Positions 10,633 to 19,025 of a stretch of DNA of 64,000 nt are shown here, one piece after another. The stretch comes from an uncultured Lachnospiraceae bacterium. GTDB lineage: Bacteria > Bacillota > Clostridia > Lachnospirales > Lachnospiraceae. Below the pieces are notes generated by a model, which saw nothing but the letters and a program-made list of their open reading frames with translations, was not told the DNA's origin and did no database searches. Numbering within the stretch: the first letter of the stretch is position 1; each line of letters begins with the position of its first letter. The stretch lies in contig CANQRW010000008.1 in NCBI GenBank assembly GCA_947626365.1, forward strand, positions 3,111 through 67,110, in the 5' to 3' direction. Both the position numbers and the translations under genes were made by a program.

Positions 10633-10664
10633 AAAAGTCCCGAAAGTTCGGGACTTTTTCTTTT
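10633..10664 (+). terminator. Rho-independent terminator
   Basis: AAAAGTCCCGAAAGTTCGGGACTTTTTCTTTT hairpin with a T-tract. Confidence 0.85.
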
Positions 10665-10714
10665 ACGTCATACTGCAAAAAACGCGCCGGTGACGCGTTT
10701 TTTGTATTACGTCA
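10663..10714 (-). repeat. 44-bp palindromic REP-like element, copy A
   Basis: Reverse complement reads TGACGTAA-TACAAAAAACGCGTCACCGGCGCGTTTTTTGCAGTA-TGACGTAA. Homologous to the copies at 23.8 kb and 61.9 kb. Confidence 0.85.
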
Positions 10715-10741
10715 TGCTGCGTATATCAAAGATCCAGATTT

Positions 10742-11536
10742 TTACTCGTCTTCCATCAGATCGTCCATCAGGATCTGGGTGCCGTTCTCGTCCACCTCCA
10801 CCGCCATCAGAAGAGTCCTGGCATCATCCACTTCATAACTGCAGGTGATCAGCGTGTACAGGGCCTTCAGGGGATACTCTACGGCAGCGGCGTAATCACA
10901 GCGGCGGATCATGGCCTGGGCATACCGGTCGAAGTCCTCCTGTCCCTTAAAATAAGGCTGCCGCAGCTCATAGCTGTTGGGAGACCAGAACGCCGCCACA
11001 GCCTTCAGGCGAATCTCCCGCTCCGGCGTATAGATGGAAAAATACTGGTGTTCCCTGAAAAAGTCCTCTTCCTTATAGCGCACCACATCCTTGAACATGG
11101 AACCGTCCTTCATCCGATGCCCGTAGATCACATTATGCCGGCTTCCAAACTTTCCGTCGCTCTCAAAATCCAGATAGATGGTCCCATAGACGCTCTCCCG
11201 GCCCTGGAAATCATGATGCAGGTAATAGTCATAGTCATTGCGGTATACAATGGGATAATCGATGTGAGTGCCGTCGATGCGGATCCAGCCGATTACCTCC
11301 GGATTCACCGCCGCCAGGGCTTCAAAATCAACCGGCGGCTCGTAGGCTTCCGTCTCCGGTTCCGGTTCTTCCGGAAGAATCACGGGCTTTACCGGTCCGA
11401 TCTCCGCCTCCGCCGCAGTCTCCTCTTCCGCCGCAGAGGGCTGTTCCACCCTCAGACGGTCCGCCAGAAGGACCGCGCCCGCTGCCAGAACCAACAGAAC
11501 CGCCGCCCCGGCAATGATTTTTCGTCTTCGCGTCAT
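10742..11536 (-). CDS. srtB: Class B sortase
   Basis: N-terminal anchor, NPEVIGWIRIDGTHIDYP, NDYDYYLHHD, IYGHRMKDGSMF and catalytic TLITC..R. Confidence 0.92.
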   Translation of the reverse strand: MTRRRKIIAGAAVLLVLAAGAVLLADRLRVEQPSAAEEETAAEAEIGPVKPVILPEEPEPETEAYEPPVDFEALAAVNPEVIGWIRIDGTHIDYPIVYRNDYDYYLHHDFQGRESVYGTIYLDFESDGKFGSRHNVIYGHRMKDGSMFKDVVRYKEEDFFREHQYFSIYTPEREIRLKAVAAFWSPNSYELRQPYFKGQEDFDRYAQAMIRRCDYAAAVEYPLKALYTLITCSYEVDDARTLLMAVEVDENGTQILMDDLMEDE

Positions 11537-11664
11537 GGAATCTCCCTCCCTTCAGCACTGCAGCCATTATAGCATATATTTTCCCCGATACAATCTGGTT
11601 CAGGGAAAATATTTTCAAAAAACTGTTGCGGTTCCTCCAAATCTATGCTATACTATCTGAGTTC

Positions 11665-11748
11665 GCGGGAGTGCTGGAATTGGCAGACAGGCAAGACTAA
11701 GGATCTTGTGGGTGTATGCTCGTGTGGGTTCAAGTCCCATCTCCCGCA
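11665..11748 (+). tRNA. tRNA-Leu (anticodon AAG)
   Basis: Acceptor GCGGGAG/CTCCCGC, anticodon arm CAAGA-CTAAGGA-TCTTG (AAG at 11699-11701), long variable arm and GGTTCAAGTCC T-arm. Confidence 0.93.
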
Positions 11749-11756
11749 TTTGAGGA

Positions 11757-11782
11757 AGAGAGCGCCGCTGGCGCTCTTTTTG
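11757..11782 (+). terminator. Rho-independent terminator
   Basis: AAGAGAGCGCCGCTGGCGCTCTTTTT hairpin after the tRNA. Confidence 0.8.
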
Positions 11783-11924
11783 TGCTGCATCAGTATGCAG
11801 GGGCTGTCCGCTCCTCTCAACTCTTTCTGGACATTCTTTCGCTGCCCTGCTATAATATTGCTATAATAGTAGAAACAAAATGTATTTTTCTGAATAAATC
11901 ACAGAAAGCAGTCTATCAGCAAAG

Positions 11925-12117
11925 GGGGGGACCGTATCCTTTCCGCGGACGGCACGATCACCGATCTGGAGAGTCTGCCTGATAACCTCAATGTGAACAA
12001 TATCTACAACAGGCACGCTTACGTCTGCATCATTGATACGAGATCCGCTCCATCGTGGGAGACAGCATGCCCATCATTATCCTCACCACCGTTCTGAAAG
12101 AATGCGCGGGCAAATAA
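11925..12117 (+). pseudogene. Possible fragment of a hybrid sensor kinase/response-regulator gene
   Basis: 12040-12117 translates as EIRSIVGDSMPIIILTTVLKECAGK*, resembling the receiver-domain IR...PIIILT segment. The upstream frame differs and there is no start. Confidence 0.35.
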
Positions 12118-12176
12118 AATGCTGTACTGACTTAAAATGACCTGGCTTCGAAAAATAAAATCAAAAAACGAAAGAG

Positions 12177-15100
12177 GTGTTGACTGTGAGCGAGATGAAT
12201 GAGAATCTGGAATATTTCAGGAACGTGATCCAAAACCCGGATGCGGATACCCTGCCGCTGCCTGACGCTCAGGCACGGGAAGAGGATTTCGACGAGGCGA
12301 TTCTGCGCCGCCCCCTGCCGGACGGCCTTAAGCAGGATCTTGAGGCTTTCGCGGGGCAAACGGGAATTGACCTGACCGCCCTGTATGAGGCGGCTGCCAT
12401 GCTCCTGCTGGCAAAATTCAGCGGCAGTTCAGACGCGCTCTGCGCCCTTGTCCGCGCGGAAAAGCGATTCCCCGTCTACTGCGATTTTCATAAAGAAACA
12501 TCATTTACCGGCTGCTGCCGCGCCGTAAATGCGCAGGCGGATGAGGCGGCGCGGCGCATCGACACTGTGGGTTTTGACGCGCTCTGCGCGGAGCTTGAGC
12601 TGTCTGCCATGCCGGTGCTGACGGAGGATGAAGGATTTTTCAATGATTTCGCGCTCACAGGTTCCGGACCGGCTACCGCGCTGTGCCTGCTTCTTGACGC
12701 GGGAAACGACAGCCTGGGCGCTAAGTACAACGCCGCGCGCTATGGCGAGGACATGATCGGCCGTCTGCTGGATTCGCTGACGGTGGTACTGCAGGCCATC
12801 GCGGCAGGCGAGGACGATACCGGCGCAATCGACATACTTTCCGACGCGCAGCGCGCCGAGTTGGACGGGTTCAACGAGACTGACGCGCCCATGGACGCCG
12901 CGGAGACGCTGATCGACCGTATTGACCGGGCGGCGGAGCGCTTCCCGGACAATATCGCCGTCGTTTATAAGGATAAGCGCTATACTTACCGGGCGTTTTC
13001 CGATCTTACGGACCGGATCGCCGCTTATCTGCGCCGAGCTGGGTTAGGCCGGGAGGACGTAGTCTCCATCCTGATCCCCCGGTGCGAATATATGCCCATC
13101 TGCGCCGTGGGCGTTCTGAAATCCGGCGCGGCTTATCAGCCCCTGGATCCCAGCTATCCGCCGGAACGGCTTGCCTTCATGATGCAGGACGCAGGCGCGA
13201 AGTTCCTCATTGCGGACAAAACGCTTCTTTCCCTTGTGCCGGAGTACGACGGTCCGGTGCTGACGCTGGACGAGATTCCCGCTCTTCCCGCCTGCGAAGA
13301 GATTCTTCCCCGCCCGAAGCCGGAGAATCTGTTCATCCTGCTCTACACCTCAGGCTCCACAGGCACACCCAAAGGCGTCATGCTGGAGCACGGCAATCTG
13401 GCGGCCTTCTGCTGCTGGTTCACAAAGTATTACGAGATGGACGAGAACAGCCGGGCGGCGGCCTACGCGTCCTTCGGCTTTGACGCCTGCATGATGGATA
13501 TGTACCCGACGCTGTCCAGCGGCGCGCAGCTGCACATCATCGCCGAGGACATCCGTCTGGATTTGATCGCCATTCATCAATATTTAACGGAAAACCAGGT
13601 TACGCATATCTTCATGACCACCCAGGTGGGCAGGCAGTACGCGGAACTGTTCCCGGACGGCGACTATCCCAAATATCTGTCCCTGGGCGGAGAGACCCTG
13701 GTACCCGTGCAGCCGCCCAGCTATCGGTTCTCTAACGCCTACGGCCCCACGGAGTGTACCATTTTTACCACGGTTTTCCCCGTGGACAGGCTCTACCGCA
13801 ATGTGCCCATCGGCAAACCCTTAAGCAATGTCAGGCTGTATATCCTTGACGCCCAGGGCCGGCGCGTCCCTGTAGGCGTGCCGGGAGAACTGTGCATCTC
13901 CGGGCCCCAGGTGTCCCGCGGATATCTGAACCGCCCGGAACAGACTGCGCAGGCCTTCGTGAAAAATCCCTTCTGCGGCGACCCGCGCTTTGCGCGGATG
14001 TACCGCACAGGCGACATCGTCCGCTTCCTGCCGGACGGCAGCGTGGAATTTATCGGGCGGCGGGATTCCCAGGTGAAGATCCGCGGCTTCCGCATTGAAC
14101 TGAGCGAGGTGGAAGGCGTTATCCGCCAGTTCGAGGGCATCAAGGACGCCACGGTGGTGGCCTACGACGAGGCCGGCGGCGGCAAGTATGTGGCGGCTTA
14201 CGTGGTGGCGGACGAGCCGGTAGATATAGAGGCGCTCAACCGCTTTATCCGGGAGACCAAGCCGCCCTATATGGTGCCTGCCGTCACCATGCAGATTGAC
14301 CGAATCCCCCTGAACCAGAACCAGAAGGTGAATAAGCGGGCTCTTCCCAAACCGGAACGGCACGCCGCGGCTTACGCGGCCCCTGCGACCGACGCGCAGA
14401 AGAAGATCTGCGAACTGCTGGCAGGCGTGGTCGGACATACGTCCTTTGGCGCGGACACAGACTTTTTTGAGGCGGGACTGACCTCCGTCGGCTCCATCAA
14501 ATTCCTCGTGCTGCTGACCAATGCCTTCGGCGCCGCCGTCTCCTCCAAGACCCTGCGGGAATACAATACGGCGCAGAAGCTGGAGGGCTATCTTAACACG
14601 GCGGAAAAGACCGCCGCCTCCGTCCGGCGCGACCGCTATCCTCTTACCCAGACGCAGATGGGCATCTATGTGGAATGTATGAAGCATCCCGAAGCTGTTT
14701 TCTATAACCTGCCAGGCGTTTTCCCGCTCAGCAGAGACACAGACATAGAGAAGCTGCGTGACGCCGTGGCCCGCGTCGTGGACGCCCACCCTGCTGTGAA
14801 ATGCGCCGTCCGCGCGGACGAGGAAGGCCAGGTATGCATGTTCCCCCAGGACGACCGCTCCGTGGACGTGGATGTCGTCCGGGGTACCGAGGAGGAGTAC
14901 GAGGCGTTCTTCAAGGGATTTGCCAGGCCCTTCGACTTTGAACACGGCCCCCTGTACCGTTTCGCCGTCTTCGTCACCGACGAGCACGTCTATCTTGTCC
15001 TGGACTTTCACCATATCATCAGCGACGGTTCCTCCATCGCGGTGTTCGCCCAGGAACTGGACCGGGCCCTGAGGGGCCAGGAGCTGTTAGGCGAACCCTA

Positions 15101-18100
15101 CTCTCAGTTTGATCTGGCGGCCGACGAGGAGAAGGCGCGGAAGGGCGAGTCATACCGAAGCGCCAAAAACTACTATGACGGCGTATTCAAAGGCGTTTCC
15201 GGCTGCACGACGCCGGAGCGGGACATTTACGAAGAGCAGGAACGCTGCGGTTTCGTCCGCGTCTTCAGCGACAGGCTTTCGCCGGAGCGCGTAGAAGCCT
15301 TCTGCCGCGAGAAACGGATCACGCCCAACGTGTTCTTCCTCTCGCTGATGAGCTTTGTCCTGGGCCGGTATGAACACACGGAAGAGGTCTGCCTGACGAC
15401 AATTTATAATGGCCGCAGCGACGGGCGGACCGCCGCTACCATGGGCATGCTTGTCAAGACGCTGCCGGTGTACGCGGAACCGACGGACAACCGCGGCGTC
15501 GCGGACTATTTAAACGCCATGCAGGAGCAGATCCTCTCCTCCATGAGCAACGATATCTATTCTTTTGCGGAAATCAGTCATGCTTACGGCATCCAGAGCG
15601 ACGTCATGTTCGTCTATCAGGGAGATGATTTCGTCGAATTCGACCTGGGCGGCCAGAAGACGGTGTTCGCCGAGGGCGTGCCCGACGTGGCCAAGTCCCA
15701 GCTGTCCATCGATCTGTTTGTGGAAAAGGGCAGATACCGCTTTGAGTTTGAGTACCGCGCGGACATGTACAGCCCCGCGTTTATCGACCGGCTGACCCAC
15801 GTGCTGGAGGAGGCTGCCATCAGCTTCCTCACTGCCAGAACCCTGGGGGATGTGAACCTTACGCCGGCGGATGAGCTGGAGCGCATCGAGGGCTTTAACG
15901 ACACGGACTATCCCGTGGAGCTGGTCAGCGTGAACCGGCTGTTCGAGGGACAGGCCGCCGCCCACCCTGACCGGCTGGCGCTGATCGCGGCAGGGGAAAA
16001 ATTGACTTATGACGCCCTGAACCGGGCGGCGAACCGGGTGGCCCGCGCGCTGATCGCCCTTGGCGTAGGGAAGGACCAGATCATCGGCCTTATCCTTGAA
16101 CGTGACAAATATGATTATATTGTAAATCTGGGCATCCTGAAGGCGGGCGCGGCGTTTCTGCCCATGACGCCCTCCTATCCTGACGAGCGCATCGAATACT
16201 GCCTCACCGACGCCCAGAGCCCCTTCGTCATTACCACAGAGTCCATCCGCACCCAGCGAAGCGCCCTGTGGGAAGGCAAGCCTTACCGGGTATTGACTGT
16301 CGAGACGCTGCTTGCGGCGGAGGAGGAAGAAAATCCTGACCGGACGATTGATGTGGACGCCCTGGCCTACTGTCTGTATACCTCCGGCTCCACGGGCAAG
16401 CCCAAGGGCGTTATGATTGAACACCGGAACCTGTGCAATTTCGTGAACGCCAACCCGCGCAATATCGAGATTACTAACTACACGAACCACGCTTCCGTGT
16501 CCCTGGCGCTGGCGGCCATCACCTTCGACGTCTCGGTGATGGAGGAATTTATCCCCCTGTGCAACGGCCTGACGGTCTGCATGGCCACGGAGGAAGAAAT
16601 CCACAACCCGGTGGCGCTTGCCAAACTCATGGAAGAAAACAGGGTAGATTTCATGACCTGCACGCCCTCATTTTTATCCAATGTGATCGACCTGGAACAG
16701 ATGCGCGGCGCTATCGCGTATCTGAAGGCCTTCGATTTCGGAGCGGAGGCGTTCCCGCCGGCGCTCTACGGCAAGATCCGCGCCATCAACCCGACGGCCT
16801 TTATCGCCAACGGCTACGGCCCGACGGAGTGTACCGTCAGCTGCTCCACGAAATTCTTAAACGACACAGACAAGATCACCATCGGCGTGCCGCTGTCCAA
16901 CGTTAAGTTCTATGTGATGGATTCCGGAAAACATGTGCTGCCTGTGGGCTTTAAGGGCGAACTGGTCATCTGCGGCGCCGGCGTAGGCCGGGGCTACGTA
17001 AATCTGCCCGACAAGACCCGGGAGGCCTTCTTCCATATGAAGGGCCTGAAGGCGTACCACAGCGGCGACCTGGCCAGATGGACGGAAAAGGGAGAGATCG
17101 ATTTCCTGGGCCGCCTGGACAATCAGGTGAAGCTGCGGGGCCTGCGGGTGGAGCTGGATGAGATTGAAAGCGCCATCAACGCTTACGAGGGCGTCCGCAT
17201 GAGCAAGGTGATCGTGCGCAATAACGGCAGCGAAGACTATCTGGCAGGCTACTTCACCGCCGACAGAACCGTCGATCTGGCTGATCTGACGGCGCGGCTG
17301 CGGGAGACTCTGACGGCCTACATGGTGCCCGGCGCCCTGATGCAGCTGGACGAAATGCCCCTCACCCCCAATGGCAAGACTGACAAAAAGCTCCTGCCCG
17401 ACATCCAGTACGCCGCGGCGCAGCGGGAGTATGTGGCGCCTTCCAGCGAGCTGGAGGCGGAGTTCTGCGAACAGTTTGCCAAAATCCTCGGGCTGGAGCG
17501 GGTCGGAGCCACCGACGACTTCTTTGAGATCGGCGGCACGTCTCTCAGCGCCACCCGGATCGCCATGTACGCGCTGAACAAGGGTTATCCCATTGCCTAC
17601 AAGGATGTATTCGCCTGCCCCACCCCCGCGATGCTGGCCGGGCTGGCAGCCAAGGGCCGCGGCGGCAGTCAGCAGGCAGAGGACACGAATGTGAACGCAT
17701 ACGATCACGCGGCTGCCGGCGGACGGCCTGAGAAGAACGCTGAGACACAGGCAGACAGCGTAGGCAGACACGGCTATGCGGCTGTCAGCGGGCGGCTTAG
17801 GAAGAATGCTGAGACGCAGGCAGACGGCGCGGACACCTATGATTACACAGCCATCAACGAGCTGCTTGAGAAGAACGCGGAAACGCGGCTTGCGGAGGTT
17901 CTGCCCGGCCGCCTGGGCAATATCCTGCTGACCGGCGCGACAGGTTTTCTCGGCATCCATGTGCTGCGGGAGTTCCTGAACAACTATACAGGCAAGGTGT
18001 ACTGTCTTATGCGCAGGGGCCGCCACGCGGCCTGTGAAAAACGCCTGATGTCCATGCTCGACTACTACTTCAGCGATCCCTGCGAGGAGGCCTTCCGGGA

Positions 18101-19025
18101 CCGCATTGTCTGCGTGGAAGGCGACATTACCGACCGCGAGGCTGTGGCAGCCCTTGCGGACCTGGACTGTTCCGTAGTCATCAACTGCGCGGCCTGCGTC
18201 AAGCACTTCGTCAGCGACGACTCGCTGGACCGTATCAATGTAGGCGGCGTTGAAAACCTTGTGGCAATGTGCAGGGCGTCCGGAAAGCGTTTTGTACAGA
18301 TTTCCACTACGTCTGTCGCAGGCGAGGGGGATGAGCGCACGTCCCTTGCTGACAAACGGATGGGCGAGAACGAGCTGTACTTCGGCCAGATCTTGGACAA
18401 CGCCTATGTCCATTCCAAATTCCTCGCGGAGCGTACAGTACTTGAAGCGTGCGCGCAGGGCGGTCTGGACGGACGGATCCTGCGGGTCGGCAACCTGATG
18501 AGCCGCCGCTCCGACGGAGAGTTCCAGATCAATTTCGTCACAAACGGCTTCATGCGCACCCTCAAGGCCTATAAGGCCCTGGGACAGTTCCCCATGGGCG
18601 CAATGCACGTTCCGGCGGAGTTTTCGCCCATCGACTCCACGGCGGCAGCGGTTCTGACCCTGGCGGCCTGCGAGGGCGGCTTCACCGTCTTCCATGCGTA
18701 CAACAGCCATTCCCTCTATATGTCCGACGTGATCTACGCTATGCGCGCCTACGGCTTCGCCATCGATATTGTTCCGGATGAAGTCTTTGCCGCGACACTG
18801 CGTGAAGCCTCCGAACATGCGGAACTCAGCGGAACGGTACTGGGCCTGATCGCTTATGACAGCGGCGACGGTTCGGCGCGATACGAGATTCCCGCGGTCA
18901 ACGACTTTACCGCCAGGGCGCTTTACCGTCTGAATTACAAATGGCCCATCACGGACGACGCCTACCTGGAAAATGCCATCCGCGCCCTGGATACGCTGGG
19001 ATTTTTCGATAATCCGAGGGTATGA
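12177..19025 (+). CDS. Two-module NRPS with terminal thioester reductase: (partial C)-A-T-C-A-T-R
   Basis: A1 YTSGSTGTPKG, T1 FFEAGLTS, C HHIISDG, A2 YTSGSTGKPKG, T2 FFEIGGTSL, R TGATGFLG and YVHSK. The true start could be a few codons downstream. Confidence 0.95.
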   Translation: MLTVSEMNENLEYFRNVIQNPDADTLPLPDAQAREEDFDEAILRRPLPDGLKQDLEAFAGQTGIDLTALYEAAAMLLLAKFSGSSDALCALVRAEKRFPVYCDFHKETSFTGCCRAVNAQADEAARRIDTVGFDALCAELELSAMPVLTEDEGFFNDFALTGSGPATALCLLLDAGNDSLGAKYNAARYGEDMIGRLLDSLTVVLQAIAAGEDDTGAIDILSDAQRAELDGFNETDAPMDAAETLIDRIDRAAERFPDNIAVVYKDKRYTYRAFSDLTDRIAAYLRRAGLGREDVVSILIPRCEYMPICAVGVLKSGAAYQPLDPSYPPERLAFMMQDAGAKFLIADKTLLSLVPEYDGPVLTLDEIPALPACEEILPRPKPENLFILLYTSGSTGTPKGVMLEHGNLAAFCCWFTKYYEMDENSRAAAYASFGFDACMMDMYPTLSSGAQLHIIAEDIRLDLIAIHQYLTENQVTHIFMTTQVGRQYAELFPDGDYPKYLSLGGETLVPVQPPSYRFSNAYGPTECTIFTTVFPVDRLYRNVPIGKPLSNVRLYILDAQGRRVPVGVPGELCISGPQVSRGYLNRPEQTAQAFVKNPFCGDPRFARMYRTGDIVRFLPDGSVEFIGRRDSQVKIRGFRIELSEVEGVIRQFEGIKDATVVAYDEAGGGKYVAAYVVADEPVDIEALNRFIRETKPPYMVPAVTMQIDRIPLNQNQKVNKRALPKPERHAAAYAAPATDAQKKICELLAGVVGHTSFGADTDFFEAGLTSVGSIKFLVLLTNAFGAAVSSKTLREYNTAQKLEGYLNTAEKTAASVRRDRYPLTQTQMGIYVECMKHPEAVFYNLPGVFPLSRDTDIEKLRDAVARVVDAHPAVKCAVRADEEGQVCMFPQDDRSVDVDVVRGTEEEYEAFFKGFARPFDFEHGPLYRFAVFVTDEHVYLVLDFHHIISDGSSIAVFAQELDRALRGQELLGEPYSQFDLAADEEKARKGESYRSAKNYYDGVFKGVSGCTTPERDIYEEQERCGFVRVFSDRLSPERVEAFCREKRITPNVFFLSLMSFVLGRYEHTEEVCLTTIYNGRSDGRTAATMGMLVKTLPVYAEPTDNRGVADYLNAMQEQILSSMSNDIYSFAEISHAYGIQSDVMFVYQGDDFVEFDLGGQKTVFAEGVPDVAKSQLSIDLFVEKGRYRFEFEYRADMYSPAFIDRLTHVLEEAAISFLTARTLGDVNLTPADELERIEGFNDTDYPVELVSVNRLFEGQAAAHPDRLALIAAGEKLTYDALNRAANRVARALIALGVGKDQIIGLILERDKYDYIVNLGILKAGAAFLPMTPSYPDERIEYCLTDAQSPFVITTESIRTQRSALWEGKPYRVLTVETLLAAEEEENPDRTIDVDALAYCLYTSGSTGKPKGVMIEHRNLCNFVNANPRNIEITNYTNHASVSLALAAITFDVSVMEEFIPLCNGLTVCMATEEEIHNPVALAKLMEENRVDFMTCTPSFLSNVIDLEQMRGAIAYLKAFDFGAEAFPPALYGKIRAINPTAFIANGYGPTECTVSCSTKFLNDTDKITIGVPLSNVKFYVMDSGKHVLPVGFKGELVICGAGVGRGYVNLPDKTREAFFHMKGLKAYHSGDLARWTEKGEIDFLGRLDNQVKLRGLRVELDEIESAINAYEGVRMSKVIVRNNGSEDYLAGYFTADRTVDLADLTARLRETLTAYMVPGALMQLDEMPLTPNGKTDKKLLPDIQYAAAQREYVAPSSELEAEFCEQFAKILGLERVGATDDFFEIGGTSLSATRIAMYALNKGYPIAYKDVFACPTPAMLAGLAAKGRGGSQQAEDTNVNAYDHAAAGGRPEKNAETQADSVGRHGYAAVSGRLRKNAETQADGADTYDYTAINELLEKNAETRLAEVLPGRLGNILLTGATGFLGIHVLREFLNNYTGKVYCLMRRGRHAACEKRLMSMLDYYFSDPCEEAFRDRIVCVEGDITDREAVAALADLDCSVVINCAACVKHFVSDDSLDRINVGGVENLVAMCRASGKRFVQISTTSVAGEGDERTSLADKRMGENELYFGQILDNAYVHSKFLAERTVLEACAQGGLDGRILRVGNLMSRRSDGEFQINFVTNGFMRTLKAYKALGQFPMGAMHVPAEFSPIDSTAAAVLTLAACEGGFTVFHAYNSHSLYMSDVIYAMRAYGFAIDIVPDEVFAATLREASEHAELSGTVLGLIAYDSGDGSARYEIPAVNDFTARALYRLNYKWPITDDAYLENAIRALDTLGFFDNPRV

